The notes under the pieces: generated by a model
Told to the model about the DNA's origin: nothing
The model's database searches: none
What the model saw: the letters and a program-made list of their open reading frames with translations, nothing else
From: Octopus vulgaris
Taxonomy: Eukaryota
Assembly: GCA_951406725.2 (NCBI GenBank)
Contig: OX597820.1
Span: 23,188,001 to 23,252,000 of the forward strand
Direction: 5' to 3'
Length of the DNA: 64,000 nt
Shown here: piece by piece, positions 39,226 to 52,394 of the stretch
Layout: the number at the start of each line of letters is the position of its first letter
How positions within the stretch are numbered: position 1 is the first letter of the stretch
Program-made: the position numbers and the translations under genes

Positions 39226-40127
39226 TAAACGGCATGTGAAATTTCAGTCACCTGCTACCTCATCTCCTAGGCGTGCAGTACTGATGCAGTCTACACCACC
39301 TGCATCTACATCCACTACGAGTCTTACGGCTAACAATAACACTACTGTCTCTACTAACACTAGTACCACTACAACTACAACTATTGCTACTACTGCTACT
39401 ACTACTATTTCTACCACTACCACTACTACAACTGCTGTCTCTTCTACCTGCCCGCCTTCCCCTCCTTCTCCACCACCGCCTCCCCCACTCCCTCCACCTC
39501 CACTGCCTTTGCCCCCTCCGCCGTCTTCTTCTCTACCTCCTCCGCCATCCCCTTCGAACCTACCACCTCTCCCTCCCCCTCCGTTGCCTCCACCGCCGGC
39601 AGACTTCTCCAACGAATCCGAACCCGACACCGAGTCCGAGTCCACTTCTCTCGCCCCGCTCTTGCCTCCGCCTCCGCCTCTTCCCCCTCCTCCACCGCCG
39701 CCCCTCCCGCCTCCGCCTCTGCCTTCCCAACACCCCAAGCTGTCCCACTTTCACCACCAACAGCAACACCTCCTCCACCACCACCACCACCACCATCACC
39801 ATCATCATCACTACCAGCAGCACTCGTCAGTGGACCGAGATCGGGACAGGCCAATGTCTCCGCTTGCCCAACCTCGATCACAGCACGCGTCTCCATGCTC
39901 CACCCCTCCCGTGGTAGCAACTTGCCACAGACACACAGAACAAGAACCAGACAACTCAATATTTACCTTCCCTTGCAGCTCTCCTCTTCCCGAAGACATC
40001 ATCACTCCCTCCTCCCCGACCATTAACCAGTCTGGTGGCCTCAAATCGTCCACGTCACCTGCTAAATGCTCCAGTACAGCTATCCGACGCCGGTCTTCAG
40101 ACTCAGACTTGAGTACCACTCCAAAAG
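39226..40127 (+). CDS. C2CD5: C2CD5 exon D, long form (poly-Thr/poly-Pro/poly-His linker)
   Basis: Polypyrimidine tract plus tgcAG (39224-39225), phase 2 compatible with exon C. The frame is open to donor AAG|GTAATA at 40128 and ends RRRSSDSDLSTTPK(G), matching C2CD5 RQSSSSDTDLSLTPK. Confidence 0.65.
39979..40127 (+). CDS. C2CD5: C2CD5 exon D, short (probably ancestral) form
   Basis: Acceptor atttaccttcccttgcAG (39977-39978), phase 2. (D)SPLPEDIITPSSPTINQSGGLKSSTSPAKCSSTAIRRRSSDSDLSTTPK(G) is similar in length and end motif to the vertebrate segment IPFNED...SSSSDTDLSLTPK. Confidence 0.85.
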
Positions 40128-40420
40128 GTAATAATAATAATGCAATAATCACAAATATGAATCACTCTAATACGTATTAACCCTTGAAAAGCAAAAAAAA
40201 AAAAAAAAAAAAAATTATGAGGAAAAGACTAAACAAGGAAGAAATGAGATTTTCTTTTTTTTTTTCTTTTGGCTAATTTAACCAAACCATTTGATCACAT
40301 TTGTTTTAATTTTTGCTTCTTTTTTCCTCAATATTAATAATGATGGTTTCTTTTGTTGGTCACAAGGGTTTTACTGTTACTACTATTATTAGTACTGCTA
40401 CTAATAATAACAATAGTAAT

Positions 40421-40505
40421 AATAGGAAACCCTATTGTATCAGACCTACAAAAAGTTCTTCTTGTGGGTACTGCACACATCCTTAGTAAAACACTGTCAA
40501 CCTGA
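40421..40505 (+). pseudogene. 3' fragment of an R4/Dong-like LINE ORF
   Basis: IGNPIVSDLQKVLLVGTAHILSKTLST* resembles the C-terminal LQK..LLGTA.ILRK.L motif; it follows a (TAA)n tract. Confidence 0.55.
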
Positions 40506-42477
40506 AAATATCTACAAAAAAGAAACGGGATGATGATGATGATTCAGGGAGAAATATTACTTTGCTTAGAAATAAGTGAGGGTTGGCAACAGGAAGAGCA
40601 TCATCCATAGTAAAACTGCCTCAACAAATTCATGTGAACATGGAAAATGGCAATCAATGATGAATGCTCCAATTATTCAGTCAGTGGAGCAACTTACTCA
40701 CTGAATTTTAATGTAGGTGGCTGAGTATTCCACAGACAATGTACTCTTGATTCTCTGGGAGAATTGGCATGATGCAATATGTGAGTTGACAGGACCTTAG
40801 AATTACATGTCAGTCTATCCCGCAGGCTTCAGTACAGTTTCTGTCTACCCAAATTTCACTCACAATACTTATGTTGATTTGTGGCTATAATAAGAGACAA
40901 ATCATCCAAGATGCCATAGAGTAGGGTTGAACCTGGAACCTCATAATTGCAAGGCAAACTTGACCAGGTTTGTGTCCATCACTTATACTATTGTTGTTAT
41001 TGGTTAAATATATAAAAACAACTGAGTTAGTATTTCAACTAATTTGTTTTGGATAGCATCTTAAATAATTCCATCACTTTTTTTTATATTTGTTATTTTA
41101 ATTTCAATATTCTACATTATGGAATCATTCAAATTAAAAAACAAAAATCAAAATAAATTAGAAATAAAATGAGGAAAAAAGATTTTTAAAAATCAAAACA
41201 ACCAGAAAATCAAAGCATTAACAGAATAATACTAATTGCTCGACTAAATACGTTAGAGAGATTATTGCTTTTTTTTATTCTCTCTTCCCTTCTAAAGTCA
41301 ACCTACAAAATAAACCAAAATGGAATTTTCTCAGAGAATTTAAAAAAAATACTTTTGGGGTTTTACAGTAGCTTGTCTTAGTGACATTAATACATAGGAT
41401 TTTGAATTTAGCTTATTAGGAACTGCATTAGTATTGTCCCTGTAGTCTTTGTTGATATTACATATGCTTCTGACAAAAAAGTTGTGCAGCATTAATAACG
41501 ATATCAATGGTCCAAGTGCTACACTGGCTGCTGAGCATTTTTAAGTGCAAATAGTCTGTTGAGCACCAAATGAAGCCACCTTATCCCTTTAGTGTTTAAA
41601 CCGGTTATATCCGGCCCGAATATTCTACTCATTTTATGCTCAAACTGGCCAGAACCAGTATCTCACACCTACCCTGCAATGTAATTCTAAAAATACACAA
41701 TTACATCTTTCAAATCTTGAAGCTACAAGATAATACCAGATTAATTTTTTTTAATGTAAATGAATAAGGATTACTTATGACATATTAATTTGAATGCTAA
41801 AGGGTTAATTGTGTTTGCTGCAATAACCACCTGAATGTTGAATAATTGTGGTGTAGTCTGGATGATGAAACAAACATGACTTGGCATGACTGCCTCTACT
41901 CAGCACTATATAGTGCTAAAAAAACATGGGCTTGGAACAAGATGAAGTTGAGTGTGTCTGAGATGCACACCGATGGACCACTCTCACATTGTTTGATTGG
42001 TTAATTCTGTTTGCACAAAGTGAACCAGAGTTATTTAACACAGCTGCTTTGTGGAATGATTTATTGAACATTAAAAAAAAAGGTTAAGGTAGTAAATAAA
42101 CTCCTACTGAAAATCCAGATGGAGGGGCCCTAAGACAGATATGTATGGTTATATTTAACTGATATCTGGTATCTCTTGCTGCTCTATGGATGCTACAAAC
42201 AGATTGACTTACCTTTACAGTATATCAATAAGTGGAGATGGTAGTAAGTGTACTTGGTGCCAGTCATTTGCTTCTGGAAACAGCCCAGGCACAGCCAACC
42301 TATACAACATAAACACTTTTAAAATATAAATGACATTATATTTCTTCAAATTTGATAAGCTTTGAAGACAGTAAAGTAATGACCTTGTAGATATAGCATA
42401 TCCTTTAGATTTCATACTTTATTTGCTCTTGATTTGTCTGTTCTCTTGTGACTGATGTAAACTAAAAGTCAAATGAT

Positions 42478-42798
42478 AACAAGAGCACCCAGAGGACGCA
42501 AACTTCCGGCAAGGCAACACCTACATCCTCTCAATGATTAGCCGGATGTGATTTTTAAAAAGAGAATATCTGAAATAAACTTGACTTCTCTCAAAAATTA
42601 AGTAAAAAAAATTGGAAAAATAATCCAGAATTCTTGTTCAGTACCTGATTGATCCCAAAATCTAATCAGTTCATGCTAGTCATGAGGCCAAACATCCCTG
42701 AAAGTTTCATCCGAATCCATCCAGACATCTTGTCCACAGACAAACAGACAAACACAACTGAAAACAATGCCTCCACCTTCGCTAAGGTGGAGGTAATA
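42478..42798 (-). mobile_element. Helentron-associated (HINE/DINE-1-like) non-autonomous element
   Basis: Minus strand starts ttattacctccaccttagcgaaggtggagg (hairpin), then gtctgtttgtctg repeats, and ends gtgctcttgtt. Confidence 0.7.
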
Positions 42799-44544
42799 AG
42801 TATTTAGACCAGTCACCAAGAAGTCATTGATTTTTGTGAACCTAATTATTGAAATCAAAGGAAAATTTCTTGAAACAATTATTTTATTAATCTTTTTAAG
42901 GATTCTTTATTGGTTCCCAATGTATATCTCTATATTTGGTGGTTTGGAGATGTAGCTTCTTCAGTGTCTAGTTTTCTTATACTGGTATAAGATAGATAGA
43001 TTTTGGAAAAGTTGGGCATTTATATATTGTTGCAGTGTATTATTTGACAATTAGATGACCATTTAATCATGAAACTGAAGTTATATTGTTAACCAAGTGG
43101 ACGGAATCAAGCTGCTTTTTTGCTCTCCCCAGTAATATATTATTCAGTGGCTGTAGCAAGTGTTGAACTCTTGACCATGAGATCAGAAGCTGCAAGGCTT
43201 AACCTTATTGTCATCCACTGAAGTAATAAAATGGGTAACTATTAAGCGGTTGGTTAAATAAGGATGAGAAGCAATTGAACACAGCCTTGAGCACCCCTTG
43301 TTTGAGTCATTCAATTTGTTATCCCCAGCTCAGTTTCATCCTTACTCAACAGTAAACGAAATTCAGCATTTAAACTTCTTAAGATAAAAAGCAAAAATAT
43401 TTCCCAAAACAGACACTACCCACTAACGTAATTATGAAACATAATTATTTTTTTTTTGGTTTTAAATTCAAATATAAAACCAAAAAAAAAAGAACAAAAC
43501 AAAAGCCAACCCCATTGATAGGAGGAAAGAATTATATTCCAAAAAAAATATACAAAGTTAGATACGTTATTTAAGAGTAGTGTGGATTAGCATGTGGTGA
43601 GTTACAAGGTAAGTGATGTTTTTATGGATAAACCCTTGAGGACTATTTCAAATTTGGCTGAGATTGTCATGTTTAACAAACTAAACTGCACTTTTGCCTT
43701 ATAGTTAAGAAATGCATTGTTTTTAGCTTTCTTTTGTCTGTTTGTGTGTATGTGTGAGTCTGTGTATATGTCTGACCACAATATATACTCATTCTTGTTA
43801 ATTTTCGTGAAATATCACCTTGTTTCCAGTTTTACCCAGTGTTTTTTGTTGTTTTAATTAATTTGGTATTGCATTTCAAAGAGATCACCACGTTAATTGC
43901 ACATTACAAAAATTTTTTTAAAAAAGTAATAATTACACACCCAGCATGTATTTTTATACACCACATCCTCAACACACTCTTATAATTGCATGGTTTTCCA
44001 CAAATTTATCATAATTATTTTGCATGCTTCACTGTTGTTCATAACAGTATTTATGGATTTGATTTCTATTGGAGAGAAAACATAGATCAGCATTTAGGAT
44101 TATCTATACCATTTTTATAAAATGGTAATTAGTGTTTGTATTTATCAGGATATAAATTGATGTTTTAAAGGAAATTAGCTTTCTTTAATCAGATATCTTG
44201 ATTTTTTTTTCGAACTGCAAGCATACTGGGTTTTTTGATACTTCTTTACTATAATAGATAAACTAACTAAAGCTAAACACATCTTGTAAAGAATTTCATG
44301 TATGGATATTGATTTGTATGTACGTATGTATATATATGTATATATATATATATATATATATCGTGCTAGCGCGGAAAACGGACGTTAAACGATGATGATG
44401 ATGATATATATATATATATATAATTTTGTTGGGAAAATTGAGTCATTGCCAAAGTAGCTTGTTGAATAATTCATTGAAATGAAGAAAAAAGGTGTCCTGC
44501 TTGATAAATAATAATAATGATAATAAAAATAATAATTATTATTA

Positions 44545-44832
44545 TTATTCACTTAACTTCTGATTTGTCTATGTCATGTCCTAGCTTCTTCCTGCAGCTT
44601 AGAAATGCAACACTTTTCTCAACACATGAGTTGTTCCAAGTATTGTTGCCAGCTGAATACTTCATATGAAGTTTGGTCTCCGTGGCTTTTGATGCCAGAA
44701 TATTGCCCTCTTTCAGATGGTCCCAAGTGCACCAATCACAATAGGTACCACACTCAACTTTTGAGGCTCTCTGGATTCGTTCCATTTCCAATGCTAGGTT
44801 TTGGTACTTCCCAACTTTCTTGCCCTCTGTCT
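44545..44832 (-). pseudogene. 3' fragment of an R4/Dong-like LINE (restriction-like endonuclease end) within (TAA)n
   Basis: KKVGKYQNLALEMERI, then after a frameshift VVPIVIGALGTI and LATILGTTHVLRKVL. Flanked on both sides by (ATT)n. Confidence 0.7.
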
Positions 44833-44869
44833 TTATTATTATTATTATTACTATCATCATCATTCTTAT

Positions 44870-45845
44870 TAAGGTGGCCAGACAAAATGCTTAGTAACAT
44901 TTCATCTGTCTTTATGTGCCAAGGTTATCTTCACCCATCATCATTTTGTGGTCTATAAAATAAGTACCAGTCAGGTATTGGAGTCGATAGAATTGACTTC
45001 ACAGTCATCAAAAACTGCTGGCTTTGTGCCAGAATTTGAAATCATTATTATCATCATTATTATTGTTGGGCGGTGAACTGGCAGAATTGTTAGCACACTG
45101 CGCAAAATGCTTAATGGCATTTCGTCTGTCTTCGGGTTTTGAGTTCAAATTCCACCGAGGTTGACTTTGCCTTTCATCTTTTCAAGGTTAATAAAGTAAG
45201 TACCAGTTACGCACTGGAGTCAATGTGATCTTCTAACCCCCTCCCAGCAAATTTCAGGCCTTGTGCCTATAGTAGAAAGGATTATCATTATTATTATTAT
45301 TATTACACTCACGGAGTGGTTGGCGTTAGGAAGGGCATCCAGCTGTAGAAACATTGCCAGATTAGACTGGAGCCTGGTGCAGCCTTCTGGCTTCCCAGAA
45401 CCCCGGTCGAACCGTCCAACCCATGCTAGCATGGAGAACGGACGTTAAACGACGATGATGATGATGATGATTATCAAGGCAGAATTGTTAGCGCGCTGAA
45501 CGAAAAGCTTAGCGGTATTTTGTCTGCCTTTACGTTCTGAGTTCAAATTCTGCCGAGGTCGACTTGGCCTTTCATCCTTTCGGGGTCAATTAAATAAGTA
45601 CCAGTTACACACTGGGGCTGGTGTAATCAACTTAATCTCCCCTCCTCCAAGCTGCCCCTGTGTCAAAAATTTGAAATCATTACTATTATTATTAATATTT
45701 TTCCACCTAAGTCAACATTGCCTTTCATCTTTTCGGGGTTGATAAAAGAAGTACCAGTCAAGTACTGAGGGTGATGTAATCAACTTACTCCCTCCTCTCA
45801 AAAACTGTTGGCCCTGTACCAAAATTTTAAACCATTATTATTATT
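44870..45845 (+). mobile_element. Array of family B SINEs with an inserted family C fragment (45305-45470)
   Basis: Repeated B units separated by (ATT)n. Confidence 0.8.
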
Positions 45846-48800
45846 ATTTGGTATTAATTATTTTAAATTAATGCTGTTGAAATAGTGTACTTAAGAGTTT
45901 GATTTGAATGAGATTCCAGGAATGTATTTCATGATATGTCAACAATACGTTTTATAGAAGTTTTTTTTTTTTTTTTTTTAAATAATTCATTTTTCCCATT
46001 CAATACTTTTGGTTTGTTGATTGTTGCATGGGTTCTTTCTTTTAATTTTTCTGAAAGCTTAATGTTTTATTCCCACTTTAAGCCAGTGTTTTTCTCTTTC
46101 TGCACTTAGGGATGCTCAAAATTTTGTCAATCATCATCAAAACAAAAAAAAATCAATATGATTGTTCTTATTTGTTGTCATGAAAAGAAATAACAACAAA
46201 AATGTATTATTGTATTTTGTCTTTTTAGTGTTTTTAAATCTACTTATTTTCTTTACATTATTTATTTATAATCTTCAATTATAATTTTCAATTATTTTTA
46301 CAAATCCTTCTTATTTTCATATGACAGAAGTTTCTCACAAATCTCTGGCATTTTTAAGTTTTGCTAGTATTTTACTTCAGTTTGTCTTCTTGAAGGTCAT
46401 CAGTCACACACACATTATATGTTTTTGATGATTTTTGGTGTACCGATGTAAGTTGCTGTCTTCCTTAGTTTCAAAACTATGCTCGTCAAAGCGACTGTAA
46501 TCAGTCGATCCATTTAGAATATATTTGCTTTGAGGTTTTAGAGATTCCCACTGGAATATACCACAAAGGTTATCTCTGACAACAATTGAATTCAGAAACA
46601 GTAGAGTTTGCATTAAAATTTGAAATATCACAGCTATGAACCATCTACTGTTACTAGCTTGATATAGTGTAATGCTAATAGTTATTAGCTATTCTTAACA
46701 GTTTTATGTCTATTTTATACTCTTGAAGAAGATGTCAAGCTGGCAGAAATATTGGGATCTCAGACAAAATGCTTAGTGGCATTTCTTCTGGTTCTTTATG
46801 TTCCCGGTTCAAATCCTCATGAGATCAACTTTGCCTTTCGTCTCTTAGTCAAATAATTGATTGTCCCCTCTTCTCAATATTACTGGCCTTGAAAAGGCAG
46901 TAAGCTGACATTATCATTAGCACATCAGACAAAATGATTAGTGGCATTTTGTCCATCTCTAAATTCTGAGTTCATATTCTTCTGAGGTTAACTTTGCCTT
47001 TCATCCTTTCAGGATCAATAAAATAAGTACCAGTTGATCACTGGGGTCAGTTTAATCAACTTAACCCCTTCTCCAAAATTTCTGGCCTTGTGACAAGATC
47101 TGAAACCAGCTTTTGTATCCTGTTCAGGGTGAATGTTGTGAATCAGTCACTTAACAAGCCATGAAAGCTGAGTAACTGGCCTCATGAGTCCAAGGGCTCA
47201 AGATAAAAAATTTTTTTTTTTAATAATAATAATAATAATAATAAAATGCTCTACAAATCAGAGGTTAGCCATGAGCTGTGGAATTTTTTCAATGAGTTCA
47301 TGAAAGATCATGTACCATAAATGTTTGCTGACAATTTAGGAAAAAAATTCATGCCTTATGGCTGTGGTAGAGTCTTATTCAGGATTAGCTGTCTGATTAT
47401 TTGAAACCTGTCTTGAGTTGAACTTAGAACATGTTATTCTGGCCTCTTTCACTGCAAAATAATGTTATTGTAATAATGTAACTAGCATTCTTCATTTATT
47501 AATCTGAATTAAGTTTTCCTTTTGAACTATATTCCCCCGGTGTATATCTATAGCAGTTGTCTTGACAAATTGTGTGCATGGTGAACAGTGATATCAGTAA
47601 ATAATTTGCTCACTGAAGTTACTAGAGCCACAAGCTCTTGTTAGATTTATTAGTCCAGAGTGTCTTTGGCTGATAAGACACAATAATGTCAGAACACTGG
47701 ATGTCCCAGAGTCCTTTTATATTAAAGAATCAAGTGTATTATGAACACTCGATTCTTATGAGTGTATTATGAAACACAACAATGATTAGCATATTCCTGC
47801 TTGAATCTGCAGGTATGTATTAGGAATGAATATGCAAATCATCTATAGATGGTGAACTGACAGAATCATTAGCATGCCAGGCGAAATACTTAGCGGTATT
47901 TTGTCTGCTGAGACGTTCTGAGTTCAAATTCCGCCGAGGTCAACTTTGCTTTTCATCCTTTCGGGGTCGATTAAATAAGTACCAGTTACACACTGGGGTC
48001 GATATAATCAACTTAATCCGTTTGTCTGTCGTTGTTTGTCATCTCTGTGTGTAGCCCCTTGTGGGTAGTAAAGAAATAGGTATTTTGTCCATCTTTACAT
48101 TCTGAATTCAAATTCTGGTGGGGTCAACTTTGCTTTCATCCCTTCAGGTTTGATAAAATAAGTACCAGTTGAGCACTGGGGTCAGTGTAATCAACTTAAT
48201 GGCTTCTGGGTATGAATATAAACTACATCCCTCTGCCAGGAGCCAGTGTGAGAGAGTAGGCTCATCAAACCAGTAAGATCTCAAGTCATTACCTGGAAGG
48301 GGGAACATGAAGGGGCTGTCTAAACTGACAGCCATTTTCAAAGCTAGCAAGTTTTGTGCGTGTGTATTTCAATTTGAAAACTTGTGCATTGGTTTAGCAA
48401 TTTATTTAAAGTTGAGTTACCCATTACCTCAAACCACTTGAATAATTGGTACCTGTTTGTTAGCCAGACAAACTCCAGTTTTGCAATAGTCATATGTCTT
48501 GTTAAAAAGCACAAAGCAAAATGCTTTATCTTAGTTTGAACAGATGTAGTTAGTACAGCACTTTAACACTGTAGTCTTTATATCTCCTTCATTCCTTAAT
48601 TTTTCCTCAGATGTCTGTTCTAAAATTGCATGTGTATTTATCTGAGGTATATTATTATTTTTAGTTGTTCTAATAAGTTTGTTTTATGAATAATCGAAAT
48701 TTTTGCTAGTTTTTGTGTTCTTTATAATTTTTCTCACTTGTGTGTCTGTGTGTGTGTATGTGGGTATGTATTTTTCCCACCCCCATTCTATAAATTTGTA

Positions 48801-48922
48801 TTTTTATGCAATTAATATATAATTGTTTAAACAACTGGTTGTATATCTTATTTACATTTAGTCTTTATTGCATAAAATTAATATTCTTTTTCAGCTAAAA
48901 AAGATTATTATTATTACTGTTG

Positions 48923-48963
<41 letters not shown>

Positions 48964-49328
48964 TCTGCAAGAGATTGCATGCTATTTTATCTTAGACCCT
49001 TTATTTTCCCTATTCGATGGCCCTCCCCTTCCTCATCCCTGTTCCTTTACATATACACACACACACACAGATATAGAAGTGCATACATTCACAAACATGC
49101 ACCCATGCAAATTTAAGAAGAAATATCTTTATTTTATAATTCATTTTATTTTGTCTCTCACATATATACATAACTTTATTTTTGGTTTCGTTCAAATCTT
49201 CACCAACACATTTAGACCCACTCCACCAGATTTGACTTTGTCAGCTTTTTTAACGATTTTAAAAAAACAAACAACCGACAACAGAAACAACAACTTCAAC
49301 AATGATCTTGTATTAACTTATTTTTCAG

Positions 49329-49355
49329 AAGTTTCTCCAGGCCCGCCTCCTCCAG
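49329..49355 (+). CDS. C2CD5: 27-nt microexon of C2CD5 (EVSPGPPPPG)
   Basis: Branch-like tattaac, tttttcAG acceptor and strong CAG|GTGAGC donor. Symmetric phase 1 to 1, fitting between exons D and E. GC-rich island in an AT-rich intron. Confidence 0.75.
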
Positions 49356-49992
49356 GTGAGCTGTGGTACCAACTGCTATTTATGGGTAGTCTTGTCTCTA
49401 GTCAGTGTTGTTCTGTTCGTACGTACATAGGGTGTTGTTGTTTAGTGCAAAATATTCTTGTCACCAGATGCATTAAGTAAAGCTGAAACCACCCTTCTTG
49501 CAATAAACTCCTGCTTCATTGTGAAACCAGTCGACTATGTTTCTTATCTGTTGCTATACAACCCAAGTTCTCTTACTCAGTCTAGAAAGTTTATTTTGTT
49601 TCACTGTTGTTCGTTGTTTCATTTTTTTTTTTTAATGGTCAGAAGAAGAAGAAAATGAAAATATTTTTCTGCTTTTGTAAGTTAATTTTCTGAAATGCAT
49701 TGTTTCTAACACAATATGAAGTTTCCGGATTATGGAGCCGTTATTGCTTATTGACCTCATATTTGTTTCTGTGTTCAACACCATATTTTGATTCCTCCAT
49801 TCTTTGATTGCCTTATTATACATATAGCTATGTCTTGTGGCTGGTATGCAATTATACACACACATACACATGAAAAAAAGATCAAGGACCTTTCTCAAAC
49901 CAAAGATCGATTTCCCAAATTGTGTGGCAAAGTTCTGTGTACACACAATTACTTTGGGTTATTGCATTTTTATAGCAGTGAAACCGTAAGGC

Positions 49993-50031
<39 letters not shown>

Positions 50032-50076
50032 TGATTATTGAATGACAAAGGAACATGAATTATGTAAACAACTTTA

Positions 50077-50151
50077 GCTTACAGCTGTTTCTATTGTGAA
50101 AATTCACTCAGAGATGAGTGTTTGTGCATCATCTTATAGCTTCTTCAGAGC
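50077..50151 (-). ncRNA. Type I hammerhead-like motif (CUGAAGA variant) in a Penelope-like terminus
   Basis: Minus strand reads gct-CTGAAGA-agctat...ata-GAAA-cagct-GTA-agc, with the same stem III palindrome as 12557-12602. Confidence 0.55.
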
Positions 50152-51008
50152 CATTAAAATGAAGTGTATGTTTATTTAAGAAAGCATTTAAATGCATAGA
50201 AATGATTACCTTTGGAACCCTGTATATGCATAAATAATATTATACATACATGTATGTATGAACACATGAATATGTCTACATTTCTATGAAATGCAAAATT
50301 ACAGCCATAAACTTATACACTCAAATGTGTATGTATATGCTTTATATGTATATCTAAATAAGAACTGGGTAACTGAAGGCTGTCTCTTGTCACAGTCTGA
50401 TCAAAATGTGTTGAACAAAGATACATGTTATATAAGGTTATTAGACCAGAAATGTTTAATTACTTTTCCTGTTTTTGACAAATTATTCAATTTCTATTTT
50501 TAAAAATGTCTTCAACCCTTCTGTTACCATATTTCTGTTGAAATACAGTGCTTTTGTTTCAATTAATTTAAAAAATAATGAAGAATTTAGTAAACTAATT
50601 TTGTCATTATTAAACTGGTGTTTGAAACATAAACTGACATGAAATTTCGAGGGAGGGAAGGTTTTAATTTGGATCACTGTAAAAAGCAAGTTTATATCAT
50701 AGAACCAAGGGTGATCTTGGTTGGCTTTGTATCAAAAGGGTTAACTCATCAAATGAAAATATTTGTTTAAATTTCCGTATTTTAGTTACATACAAAAGTA
50801 TCAAGAAAAACATTTTCATTTTTCCTCTTCATCATCTTCATGAGTATTTTTTTTTGTTTTTTGTGTTAAGTGCCTAGCGCAGGAGGCAGGCTCTTGCTAA
50901 ACTGAGCCTGCAATGCCGTTTCCATTCGTGGCTAAAGATAATTGCTAATTCATTTCTCTTATGCTGCTGTTGCTCTTTATAACAATCATCATTGTCAAAA
51001 AATCACAA

Positions 51009-51068
<60 letters not shown>

Positions 51069-51269
51069 CAGTATATATATAAAGTTTAAGCTTTATAAAA
51101 AAATAATTAATTTTCTGTTACAATTTTGAGTCCTTATTAGCTTTCTGGAAACTTATCTTCATATCTAATCTGGCATATGGCCATTTTTTTTTATCAAGAG
51201 GAAAGGTCATCTTGATTTTAAATATCAAAGCTAAACACTTTTTTTTTAATGGATAAAATTATATTAATA

Positions 51270-51659
51270 CTAGCAGTATTGCCCAGCGTTGCTCGGGTTT
51301 GTAAGGGAAATAACTATATAAGCATTTTAGAGAGTTATAGCCAAAAAATAGCAAAAAAATGCATTAAAAATGGAAATAAAAATTATGGTAAATTTTTTTT
51401 AAATCGTTGACTCATCGTAGACATTTTTAGAGAGTTACTTCCCTTATATAATAGCGAAAAAATGCATTAAAATGGAAAAAAAAATATGGTAAATTTTTTT
51501 TTAAATCGTAGACTCGCGCTAATACCCAGAAGGGCTCGATATGAATCACGACTATAAGATACCCGGTTTTGGTTAAACTGCACCGCAAAATGTGGGAGTA
51601 GTTAGGAATCTAAATCGTAGGAGACAGACACCACACAACTTCACTTTTATATATAAAGA
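51270..51659 (-). mobile_element. Non-autonomous Helitron
   Basis: Minus strand has 5' A|TCtttatatataaaag, subterminal hairpin cccgagcaacgctggg and 3' CTAG|T. It has an internal ~105-bp direct repeat. Confidence 0.8.
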
Positions 51660-52394
51660 TATGAAATAATCTACAATGTGTTGGTGTATCTCAAGCAACA
51701 TGGTTAGAGTATAGAATAGAATTTTGTCTGTGTGGTTAAATACCATTAATAGGAGAGGCTACAACAGAAAGATTATGTTATAAAGTATAAGAATGTATGT
51801 ATGCAACAAAGCCTCTATAAGCTAGAAACCCCTAAACCTCAAAGAAGCCCGTTGTGTGTGTGTATGTGTCCTTAACTCAACATTACATGATAGTTTTTAA
51901 ATGACTGTTATTGTTTTCAATCTTTCGTGTAAACACGTCCAGCCATTGAGAAATATTACCTTGCTTGGAAACCAGTTGGGTTTGGCAACAGGAAAGGCAT
52001 CCAATCATAGAAAATCTGCCTCATCAAATTCCACTTGACCCATCAAGCATGAAAAAGTAGATGTTAAAATGATGATGGTGATGATGACTATAGAATAAAA
52101 TTATTCTGGTACACACATGCACACACACAATTTTATACTCTTACTGCCCTTCCATATGAATGAATTAACACCCTCCCCCTTTAATGATGCCATTCAGATT
52201 ACCCACCTCTCACTGATTCTCTGTCATCATTCTTGAGGAACTAATTTCTTTTTTTATTTCTATCTTTTGTAACTTTAATTGATTTGAGTCAAATTTGTTT
52301 CGAATATTTGAATCATTAAAAATTGGAAACCTGCTTTTATGAGAGGTTGAATGAAGAGAATGGATAGAACTGAGAAGCTTGCTTTGGTTAAGCT

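Noticed and set aside
39244-39959. Gly/Val-rich minus-strand ORFs and the Leu-rich alternate plus frame
   Set aside because: Shadow frames of the low-complexity Pro/Thr/His exon D sequence.
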